Positions 1 through 7,421 of a DNA stretch of 24,874 nucleotides are shown here, in pieces; position 1 is the stretch's first letter; each line of letters opens with the position of its first letter. The DNA comes from a virus (Duplodnaviria; Caudoviricetes): the IMG/VR virus record IMGVR_UViG_3300048589_001640, positions 1-24,874 of that record; one strand, written 5' to 3'. A program made the position numbers and the translations under genes. The notes under the pieces are model-generated. The model did not search any database and had not been told where the DNA came from. It was given only the letters and a program-made list of their open reading frames with translations.

Positions 1-117
1 GGAGATCGTCGCTTCAATCGTTTCGGCGCTGCACGCGCCAATCCCACGGCATTTCGAAGTCACCGGACCACATGTTAATCCTTTTCCGTCGTGCGGTGTC
101 CTCGTCAGCGACTTAAT

Positions 118-246
118 CTACCGAATACCGCCGGTAAGGCGACGGCCGAGCCGTTCGCCGCCAGCGCTCTTTCCCTGTATCGCTGCGCCGGCGAACAGCG
201 CCTCGATCTTGCGCAGTTTGTCCCGGAGAATTTCGTCAGGGGGCAT
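118..246 (-). pseudogene. Short, probably truncated remnant of a conserved hypothetical protein (42 aa)
   Basis: ATG 5 nt after the cI stop; reads MPPDEILRDKLRKIEALFAGAAIQGKSAGG... The LRxKLRKIEALFAGA start resembles a hypothetical family I recall from mobile elements. ERALAA continues in another frame. Confidence 0.45.
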
Positions 247-251
247 GTTGC

Positions 252-968
252 TCACAGCCGCTTCGAGGCCCAAACCACGCGGCCGATGATGTTCACATCC
301 TCGGCATTGCGCTCATAGGTCTGGTACTCAGGATTAAGCGACTTGATGATGATCTTGGTTGGATCCGAGTGCGCCACGTGCTCAATGCGTTTGGCCACGA
401 CGCCCATGCCGTCCCAGATCACGAATATGCCAGGCGGGGCCGGCACGCGCCGGCTGGTATCGACCATGATGCGGTCGCCGCTCGACAACAGGGGCTCCAT
501 CGAGTCGCCGTCGATCGTGACGATATGCAGATCCTCCGGCCGCGCGCGAAACTCGTGGCGGATCACCTCGTCGGGGAACAGCCAGGTGATCTTGGCCTCC
601 TCGAGTCCTTCATGAAACGCGCCGGGTCCTGCGGACGCGCGCATGTCGATCTCGGTGATCGGTGAGAATCCTGCAGCCGATCGCCGCGGACGCTTGCGAG
701 CTTCCAGTTGGTCATCTTGCTCATCCTCATGGCGCGCCGGGACCTTCCGCTGCGGCACCTCGGGATGGCGCAGCGCGCGATCGTGCACACCGAGATGCTT
801 GGCAAGCGCCTCGCGCACGTCCTCGGGCAGAATTTTGGGCGTGCCGCGATAGATGAACTGGTGCACGTAGGCAGCGTTCTTGCCACAAGCGAGCGAAGCC
901 TTCTTCAGATCGGTGCCAGCGCGCTCGACGAGATCGAGGACCTTCAGCCTGATCGGATCGAGATCCAT
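252..968 (-). CDS. cI: CI/LexA-like phage repressor with S24 autopeptidase domain
   Basis: N-terminal HTH-like region, ASAGPG cleavage-site motif, GDSMEP catalytic Ser, VAKRI catalytic Lys, C-terminal IIGRVVW. Start moved to ATG 968, which has AAGGGG upstream. Confidence 0.92.
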   Translation of the reverse strand: MDLDPIRLKVLDLVERAGTDLKKASLACGKNAAYVHQFIYRGTPKILPEDVREALAKHLGVHDRALRHPEVPQRKVPARHEDEQDDQLEARKRPRRSAAGFSPITEIDMRASAGPGAFHEGLEEAKITWLFPDEVIRHEFRARPEDLHIVTIDGDSMEPLLSSGDRIMVDTSRRVPAPPGIFVIWDGMGVVAKRIEHVAHSDPTKIIIKSLNPEYQTYERNAEDVNIIGRVVWASKRL

Positions 969-1017
969 GGAGTAACCCCTTGATTCATCGATGTAGGAAA
1001 TTGCCAACTTCTTTTCG

Positions 1018-1046
1018 TTGACGCCCGATCTGCATATCGCTTTTAT
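1018..1046 (+). promoter_or_regulatory. Candidate rightward (lytic) sigma70 promoter with operator-like palindrome in the spacer
   Basis: TTGACG (1018-1023), 17 nt spacer, TTTTAT (1041-1046). The spacer contains the near-palindrome CGATCTGCATATCG (1026-1039). Confidence 0.55.
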
Positions 1047-1053
1047 GCCTCCC

Positions 1054-1284
1054 ATGGCAAGAACATTTAGTGAACATTTCGTCGCCAGGGTCGAGGCCTT
1101 TCTTCAGGTATCGGGCTTCAAGCCGACCGAATTCGGACGCCAAGCCATTGGGGATGCGTCGTTTATCCTCAATCTGCGGCGTGGACGGTCTCCCACGCTC
1201 GCCACCGCCGACAAGGTCCTCGCCTTTATTGAGCAGTTGGAGGCTGCCGATGGAAGTAGCGTCCGAAATAGGAGGAAAAAATGA
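1054..1284 (+). CDS. cro: Cro-like small HTH regulator
   Basis: 76 aa, divergent from cI; VEAFL...PTEFGRQAIGDASFILNLRRGRSPTLATADKV is typical of alphaproteobacterial phage Cro-like proteins. Confidence 0.8.
   Translation: MARTFSEHFVARVEAFLQVSGFKPTEFGRQAIGDASFILNLRRGRSPTLATADKVLAFIEQLEAADGSSVRNRRKK
1061..1076 (+). promoter_or_regulatory. Putative host LexA (SOS) box, alphaproteobacterial type GAAC-N7-GAAC
   Basis: GAACA-TTTAGT-GAACA; part of an 8-bp direct repeat GAACATTT at 1061 and 1072. Confidence 0.6.
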
Positions 1285-1964
1285 CTATTCCTCCAATCGG
1301 TTCGGCAGCGCCCGTCTCCGATAGGAGTGCCGAAGCAGCCCCGGCACCCGCCCAGTCATTCGATCAACAGTCGCTGCGCACCATGATGGGCGCCGCCGCC
1401 TATCACACCCGTCGGGTCGCGCGCACCATGCGGCTCTCGGAGGCGGACCGCGAAAACGTCGAGCAGGACATCCTACTCGCGCTGATCGAGCGCCGGCGCT
1501 TCTTCGATCCTGCACGAGGCGCTTGGTCGTCGTTCGCGGACCGCATCGCGCGGCAGGCAGCGCAAGGGGTCGCCGACAAGATTGGAGCTGAGTTCCGGAT
1601 GTGGGGCGGCTCGACCGATCAGCCGGCCGGTAGCGTGCGAACCACCACGCTCGGCGAACTCATCGAGGCACAGCAGTGGATCGGCCCCGATGTCGAGCCG
1701 ACGCTGCAGCTCCCACTCTTGCTTGCCGATTTCATCGCTGTGCTGCCTGAGGATCTCGCTCTGGTCGCACGCCTGTCACTTTTCGAGGATGGCGACCTCC
1801 CAGCCGCACAGCGCCGTTCGGGCCTGTCCACCAGCGAGTTCTATCGGCGGCTTCGTGAAATCCGTTACCGCATGTTCACGCTAGAACTCGTCGATCATCG
1901 CTCAATCCTTGGACCTCCTGGGAGCGATCAGCAGTCTCAATCGCTACTAAGGCGTTGTCGGTGA
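1281..1964 (+). CDS. Sigma-70/ECF-like transcription factor
   Basis: Region-2-like DRENVEQDILLALIERRRFFDPARGAWSSFADRIAR and region-4-like HTH (LPEDL...AAQRRSGLSTSEFYRRLREIR). ATGA overlap with the cro stop and an AGGAGG RBS. Confidence 0.65.
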   Translation: MTIPPIGSAAPVSDRSAEAAPAPAQSFDQQSLRTMMGAAAYHTRRVARTMRLSEADRENVEQDILLALIERRRFFDPARGAWSSFADRIARQAAQGVADKIGAEFRMWGGSTDQPAGSVRTTTLGELIEAQQWIGPDVEPTLQLPLLLADFIAVLPEDLALVARLSLFEDGDLPAAQRRSGLSTSEFYRRLREIRYRMFTLELVDHRSILGPPGSDQQSQSLLRRCR

Positions 1965-2092
1965 TGTCGCCCACAGCGCGGACCCGACAGGAACACGGGA
2001 GGATCAAGATGCGCCCAACTCACATTCAATGCGTCCCGGCAGTCACGACCTTCTGGGAAAATCTGAGGTCTCGGTCGCTACCTAAAGAGTAA
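1964..2092 (+). CDS. Small unannotated ORF (42 aa from ATG 1964, or 27 aa from ATG 2009)
   Basis: TGATG overlap with the upstream stop. In-frame ATG 2009 is preceded by GGGAGG at 6 nt spacing. TAA at 2090-2092. Confidence 0.35.
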   Translation: MSPTARTRQEHGRIKMRPTHIQCVPAVTTFWENLRSRSLPKE

Positions 2093-2139
2093 AGGGAGCG
2101 ATCGCCTCCGGGCTGATCGGTCCACCACACACACATCCG

Positions 2140-2553
2140 ATGTCCATTCACGGCCGAGCTTCAAGCTCGGGCCGAACGAGAAAGCTTTGCTCGATGTCAG
2201 CTTATTCAAACCACCTGACGGGCACGATCACTCGCCATGCCGTGCCCCTCGACGAAAACCGGCTCGTCGACTGGATCGTGGATGCCAAGCCACATGACTG
2301 CATCGCCTATTACAGAGGCCATCTCGCGCTTGATCGTTGCGAGAGCACTGGCGTGCTGAGGTCTGTCGATCGCCGGCGTCTGGCGACTGTCGCCAACCGC
2401 GTGATGGTGGCGTCGGAACAGGGCCTGGTGTTCCCGGTGCAGAAGCGCATCGGGCCGCACGACTATCTCTACCTTGCGGTTCGGGCTCTGGGCCGGCTTG
2501 GCATGGCCTCGATGCGATCGCCGCGCATCGCCCCGCTCAAGATGGCAGCGTGA
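2140..2553 (+). CDS. Conserved phage hypothetical protein (true start may be 2194)
   Basis: W...A.P.D.IAYYRGHLALDR and LVFPVQKRIGPHDYLYLAVR pattern, recalled from related prophage early operons; operon position. Confidence 0.7.
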   Translation: MSIHGRASSSGRTRKLCSMSAYSNHLTGTITRHAVPLDENRLVDWIVDAKPHDCIAYYRGHLALDRCESTGVLRSVDRRRLATVANRVMVASEQGLVFPVQKRIGPHDYLYLAVRALGRLGMASMRSPRIAPLKMAA

Positions 2554-2563
2554 GGTCCGCACC

Positions 2564-3049
2564 ATGAACGCTCCGATCATTCTGACCGAGCATATCCGCG
2601 ACATGGACGTTGCCGACCTCGCTCTCGTCTCCGCGCCAGAGCTTGCATGTCTGCTCGATGACCTTGCCATGCAGAAGGCGGCGCTGCGACGGATCGAGGA
2701 CAAGCTCGATGCGGCGCTCGACCGGCGCTATGGCACCCGCGCGGCGCAACGTCGTGCCGAGGCCGGGAAGGACGCCGGCACCGTTCGGTTTGAGGACAAC
2801 GGCTTTGTCGTCATTGCCGATCTGCCCAAGCGGGTGAGCTGGGATCAGGACAAGCTCCGGCACGCTTCGGAAATCATCCGCACCGGCTGGGGCGATGATC
2901 CTTCGGATTACGTCAAGACCAAGCTCGAGGTCTCGGAGGCAGCCTTCGCCAACTGGCCGCGCCCCTTGCGCGAGCTGTTCATGCCGGCGCGCACAGTGAA
3001 GACCGGCAAGCCGAGCTATTCCATTCAGCCGCTGGGTGGCGAACGATGA
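2564..3049 (+). CDS. Conserved phage hypothetical protein of the recombination/replication module
   Basis: GAGG RBS before ATG 2564; coiled N-terminal half and ADLPKRVSWDQ motif; ATGA overlap with the ATPase gene. Confidence 0.75.
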   Translation: MNAPIILTEHIRDMDVADLALVSAPELACLLDDLAMQKAALRRIEDKLDAALDRRYGTRAAQRRAEAGKDAGTVRFEDNGFVVIADLPKRVSWDQDKLRHASEIIRTGWGDDPSDYVKTKLEVSEAAFANWPRPLRELFMPARTVKTGKPSYSIQPLGGER

Positions 3050-3948
3050 CCGGTCCTTTCGCATCGACAATGGCCAGGTCCACGCTCCCCATCATCTCCG
3101 CTGACCAGCGTATGGCGGAAAACCGAGGCATCAAGGCCGCCATCTTTGGCGGCAGCGGACAAGGCAAGACCAGTCTGTTGTGGACGCTGGATGCCTCAAC
3201 GACGCTGTTCTACGACCTGGAGGCCGGCGACCTCGCTGTCGAGGGCTGGAGTGGCGACACCATCCGGCCGCGCACGTGGGTCGAATGTCGTGATTTCGCG
3301 GTGTTCATCGGCGGCCCCAATCCCGCGCTGCGTGACGAGCAGGCATACAGCCAGGCGCACTACGAGGCTGTTTGCACCCGCTTTGGCGACCCCGCTGTTC
3401 TCGACCGTTATGACACCGTGTTCGTCGACAGCATCACGGTCGCGGGGCGGCTCTGCTTCCAGTGGTGCAAGGGCCAGCCCGAGGCGCTGTCGGAAAAAAC
3501 CGGCAAACCCGACCTCCGCGGCGCCTATGGCCTGCACGGTCGCGAGATGATCGCCTGGCTGACCCACCTGCAGCACACGCGCTTCAAGAACGTGATCTTT
3601 GTCGGGATCCTCGATGAAAAGCTTGATGACTTCAATCGCAAGCTTTTCGTGCCGCAGATCGACGGCTCGAAGACCGGCCTCGAACTGCCGGGCATCGTCG
3701 ATGAAGTCCTGACGCTTGCGGCCATCAAGCAGGAAGACGGCAAGCTTCGACGCGCTTTCATCTGTCACACGCTCAATCCGTGGGGCTATCCGGCCAAGGA
3801 TCGCAGCGGGCGGCTCGACATGATCGAAGAGCCGCATCTTGGCCGCCTGTTCGAGAAGATCCGCGGACCAGTCAAGCCCGCAACCGAGAGGCTGGAGTTC
3901 GGCCGGCCGGCCGCTCCCACCATCCCCACTCCATCCACCCCCGCATGA
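3046..3948 (+). CDS. AAA_24-family ATPase (Sak4-like recombination protein)
   Basis: Walker A GGSGQGKTS, Walker B VFVDSIT, C-terminal AKDRSGRL. Confidence 0.85.
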   Translation: MTGPFASTMARSTLPIISADQRMAENRGIKAAIFGGSGQGKTSLLWTLDASTTLFYDLEAGDLAVEGWSGDTIRPRTWVECRDFAVFIGGPNPALRDEQAYSQAHYEAVCTRFGDPAVLDRYDTVFVDSITVAGRLCFQWCKGQPEALSEKTGKPDLRGAYGLHGREMIAWLTHLQHTRFKNVIFVGILDEKLDDFNRKLFVPQIDGSKTGLELPGIVDEVLTLAAIKQEDGKLRRAFICHTLNPWGYPAKDRSGRLDMIEEPHLGRLFEKIRGPVKPATERLEFGRPAAPTIPTPSTPA

Positions 3949-3962
3949 TCGAGAGGCACGCC

Positions 3963-4553
3963 ATGACCGCTTCGTGGAACGACTTTAACGACGCCCAGCA
4001 AAATCCCAACCTGATTCCAAAGGGAACGCTCGCCAAGGTGCGGCTGACCATCCGCCCCGGCGGCTTCGACGATCCATCGCAGGGATGGACCGGTGGCTAC
4101 GCCACCCGCGGCTCCGGCGGCGCGGTGTATCTCAACGGCGAGTTCACGGTGCTGGAGGGCCCCTACGCCCGACGCAAGGTGTTCGCGTTGATCGGACTCT
4201 ACAGCCCAAAGGGACCGGATTGGGGCAACATGGGACGTGGCCTCATCCGTGGCATGCTCAATTCGGCTCGTGGCATTTCCAACAAGGACAACTCGCCACA
4301 GGCGCAAGCGGCACGGCGCATTGCGGGGTTCGCCGATCTCGACGGGATCGAGTTCGTCGCCCGGATCGACGTCGGAACCGATACCAACGGGGACGAGAAG
4401 AACGACATCCGCACGGCTGTGACGCCCGATCACCGCGAATATGCAGCCTTGATGGGAGTACCGGCGGCCCCTTCCCCTGCCCCGCAGCCTCACGCACAGG
4501 CTCCTGCAGCAGCTCCGCGCGCTGCCAGCCCGCGGCCGTCCTGGGCGCAGTGA
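3963..4553 (+). CDS. Putative ssDNA-binding protein (DUF669-like)
   Basis: GAGAGG RBS; IPKGT...YLNGEFTVLEGPYARRKVF core; Pro/Ala-rich tail ending PSWAQ; lies directly after the Sak4-like gene. Confidence 0.7.
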   Translation: MTASWNDFNDAQQNPNLIPKGTLAKVRLTIRPGGFDDPSQGWTGGYATRGSGGAVYLNGEFTVLEGPYARRKVFALIGLYSPKGPDWGNMGRGLIRGMLNSARGISNKDNSPQAQAARRIAGFADLDGIEFVARIDVGTDTNGDEKNDIRTAVTPDHREYAALMGVPAAPSPAPQPHAQAPAAAPRAASPRPSWAQ

Positions 4554-4566
4554 GGAGCAGGCCAGC

Positions 4567-6246
4567 ATGCTGCTTCGTCCGCGCCAGAAACGCTTCGTGG
4601 AGCGCAGCCTCGCTGCGCTGCACGAGCACGGCAATACACTCGCCGTCGCACCCACCGGCGCCGGCAAGACCATCATGCTGTCCGCGGTTGCCGGCGAAAT
4701 GGTCGGCGGCACCGGGGCGAAGGCCTGCGTTCTCGCGCACCGCGATGAACTCACCGAGCAGAACCGCACGAAGTTCAGCCGGGTGAACCCCGGCATCACA
4801 ACCTCCGTCGTCGATGCCGCGAACAAGAGCTGGCAGGGCCAAGTCACCTTCGCGATGGTGCCGACGCTGGCGCGCGTGGCAAATCTCGACAACATGCCAG
4901 CGCTCGATGTTCTGGTAATCGACGAGGCGCATCACGCGGCGGCCGACAGCTACCGGCGCATCATCGATCAGGCGAGGGACAGGAACTCCGACTGCCGGAT
5001 CTACGGCGTCACGGCGACGCCCAACCGCGGGGACCGCAAGGGATTGCGGCCCGTCTTCTCCAATGTTGCCGACCAGATCCGGATCGGCGAACTGATCGCC
5101 TCTGGTCATCTCGTGCCGCCACGCACCTTCGTGATCGATGTCGGGGTGCAGGAGGAACTCGCCAATGTGCGGCGGACGGCCGCCGACTTCGACATGGGCG
5201 AGGTCGACCGTGTCATGAACCGCGCACCGATCAACGAGGCCGTGGTCGAGCACTGGCGCGAGAAGGCGACCGACCGCCAGACGGTCGTGTTTTGCTCGAC
5301 CATCGATCACGCGAGCAACGTCTGCAGCGCTTTCAATCAGGCCGGCGTTCCGGCGGTGATGGTCACGGGCGAGATGAGCGAGGCCGAGCGCCGCACAACT
5401 CTTGCCGAATACGCCTCCGGCAAGGCACGGGTGATTGCCAATGTAGCGGTGCTGACCGAGGGCTGGGACCATCCGCCGACGAGTTGTATCGTGCTGCTTC
5501 GCCCCAGTTCCTACAAGTCGACCATGATCCAGATGGTCGGCAGGGGTTTACGCCCGGTGAACCCGCAGGAGCATTTCGGCGTCATCAAGTCCGACTGCAT
5601 CGTGCTCGATTTCGGCACCTCGACGCTGTTGCACGGCACGCTGGAACAGGACATCGATCTCGACGGGCCCGAGGCGAACGGCGTCGCACCCACCAAAACC
5701 TGCCCGGAATGCGAGGCCGAAATCCCGCTTGCCGCAACGGAATGCCCGCTCTGCGGATATGTGTGGGAGCGGAAGACGGGCGAGGCTCCGCCGCCGCTCG
5801 GCGATTTCATCATGAGCGAGATTGACCTCCTGAAGCGGTCGAGTTTTCGCTGGTGCGATCTGTTCGGCGACGATGCAGCGCTGGTCGCCAACGGCTTCAA
5901 CGCCTGGGGCGGCGTCTTCTTCCTCAACGGCCGCTGGTACGGCGTGGGCGGCGTGCAGCGGCAGAAGCCGCGCCTCCTGGGTGTCGGTGAGCGCGCCGTC
6001 TGCCTTGCAGCCGCCGACGACTGGCTCAACGAGAGCGAGACCGACGAGAGCGCCCACAAAAGCCGTGGGTGGCTCAAGCTGCCACCGACCGAGAAGCAGC
6101 TGTCATTGCTGCCGCCCGCCTACCGGCAGGACTATGGGCTCACGCGCTACCAGGCCTCGGCCCTCATCACCTTCTCTTTCAATCGAGCTGCCATTCGCGG
6201 GCTGGTCTTCGGCGCCGAGCAGGAAAGCCTGGCGAGGGCAGCATGA
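4567..6246 (+). CDS. Superfamily 2 DEAD/DEAH-box helicase with zinc finger
   Basis: LRPRQ, APTGAGKT, DEAHH, TATP, TEGWD and QMVGRGLR motifs; CPEC...CPLC. Confidence 0.95.
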   Translation: MLLRPRQKRFVERSLAALHEHGNTLAVAPTGAGKTIMLSAVAGEMVGGTGAKACVLAHRDELTEQNRTKFSRVNPGITTSVVDAANKSWQGQVTFAMVPTLARVANLDNMPALDVLVIDEAHHAAADSYRRIIDQARDRNSDCRIYGVTATPNRGDRKGLRPVFSNVADQIRIGELIASGHLVPPRTFVIDVGVQEELANVRRTAADFDMGEVDRVMNRAPINEAVVEHWREKATDRQTVVFCSTIDHASNVCSAFNQAGVPAVMVTGEMSEAERRTTLAEYASGKARVIANVAVLTEGWDHPPTSCIVLLRPSSYKSTMIQMVGRGLRPVNPQEHFGVIKSDCIVLDFGTSTLLHGTLEQDIDLDGPEANGVAPTKTCPECEAEIPLAATECPLCGYVWERKTGEAPPPLGDFIMSEIDLLKRSSFRWCDLFGDDAALVANGFNAWGGVFFLNGRWYGVGGVQRQKPRLLGVGERAVCLAAADDWLNESETDESAHKSRGWLKLPPTEKQLSLLPPAYRQDYGLTRYQASALITFSFNRAAIRGLVFGAEQESLARAA

Positions 6247-6258
6247 CGAGACCGAGCG

Positions 6259-6663
6259 ATGAACTCTTCTGTCTCCCAGACAGTATCGCAGCGGCGCCGG
6301 CTCTGGCATCCGCGCTACGAGCTCTGCGCCGTCTGCCGCCACCCGGCGCGCGGCTTCGGATGGTCCGATCCGTGGCGAACGAGCCGGCCGCGGCCGCGCG
6401 CCTGGTTCTGCTCGCTTCCCTGCCAGACCTTCTGGACCGAACGGCAGAGGTCATCGGCCATGATTGATCTCACCGAAGATGAGCACATGGCGATCCTCGC
6501 CGCCCTGAAGCCGGTGGCCGAGGTCATGCAGGAGATCGGCTGGGAGACGCGGCTCACAGACCTTACCGAGAGCCAGGTGCTGACGCTGATCGAGGTCGCC
6601 GTCAGTGGCTTCCAGGATGCCATGCGTGACATCGCCGCCACCGCGCCGGAGGTGCCATTCTGA
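6259..6663 (+). CDS. DUF6511-like protein with N-terminal Cys-rich (zinc-binding-like) part
   Basis: CAVC...WFCSLPC, then MIDLTEDE...EIGW...LIEVAVSGFQDAM...EVPF. Internal ATG at 6460 has a GAGG RBS. TGATG overlap with the next gene. Confidence 0.7.
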   Translation: MNSSVSQTVSQRRRLWHPRYELCAVCRHPARGFGWSDPWRTSRPRPRAWFCSLPCQTFWTERQRSSAMIDLTEDEHMAILAALKPVAEVMQEIGWETRLTDLTESQVLTLIEVAVSGFQDAMRDIAATAPEVPF

Positions 6664-7421
6664 TGCTCGATTACAATTCCCGTCCGAAGTTCGCTGAGCT
6701 GGTGAACGAAACAATCGACAACGCGCTTGTCGCCGAACGCGCGGGAATAGCGCCGCGCGAATATCTCGGCGGCTCGCGTCTTGGCCATGCATGCGAGCGA
6801 GCGCTTCAATTCGAGTTCGCTGGCGCTCCCAAGGACGAAGGCACTGACTTTAACGGTCAGACCCTGCGCATCTTTGGCATCGGCCATGCGCTCGAAGATG
6901 TCGCCATTCGATGGCTGCGCAGCGCCGGTTTCGCACTCTACACACGCCGTGGCGACGGCGAGCAGTTCGGGTTCAGTGTCGCTGGCGGACGCATCCGCGG
7001 CCATGTCGATGGCATCCTCGCCGATGGTCCCGAGCTACCGGGCCTCGCCTTTCCGGCGCTGTGGGAATGCAAGACCATGAACGCGCGCAACTGGCGAGAA
7101 ACCGTCAGCAAGGGCGTCGCCATCGCGAAGCCGGTCTATGCCGCCCAGGTCGCACTCTATCAAGCCTACATGGACGCGGCCGTGCCGGGCATCTGCGCCA
7201 ATCCGGCGCTATTCACCGCCATCAACAAGGACACGGCAGAGCTCCACCACGAGCTTCTCCCCTTCGACGCCGCGCTCGCCCAGCGCATGAGCGACCGCGC
7301 CGTGCGCATCCTGCAGGCGACTGAGGCCGGCGACCTCCTGCCGCGGATCGCCCGCGAGCGCGACTTCCACGAATGCCGGCTCTGCCCCTGGTCGCAGCGC
7401 TGCTGGGAGCTCCCGGCGTGA
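6663..7421 (+). CDS. PD-(D/E)XK exonuclease, Cas4-like
   Basis: GHVDG, WECK and QVALYQ motifs; one N-terminal Cys (HACER) plus C-terminal CRLCPWSQRC. Confidence 0.85.
   Translation: MLDYNSRPKFAELVNETIDNALVAERAGIAPREYLGGSRLGHACERALQFEFAGAPKDEGTDFNGQTLRIFGIGHALEDVAIRWLRSAGFALYTRRGDGEQFGFSVAGGRIRGHVDGILADGPELPGLAFPALWECKTMNARNWRETVSKGVAIAKPVYAAQVALYQAYMDAAVPGICANPALFTAINKDTAELHHELLPFDAALAQRMSDRAVRILQATEAGDLLPRIARERDFHECRLCPWSQRCWELPA

Noticed and set aside
1-117. Possible att site, integrase start or CtrA box at the left edge
   Set aside because: Only isolated TTAATC hexamers and very short ORFs; no TTAA-N7-TTAA, tRNA fragment or recombinase motif.
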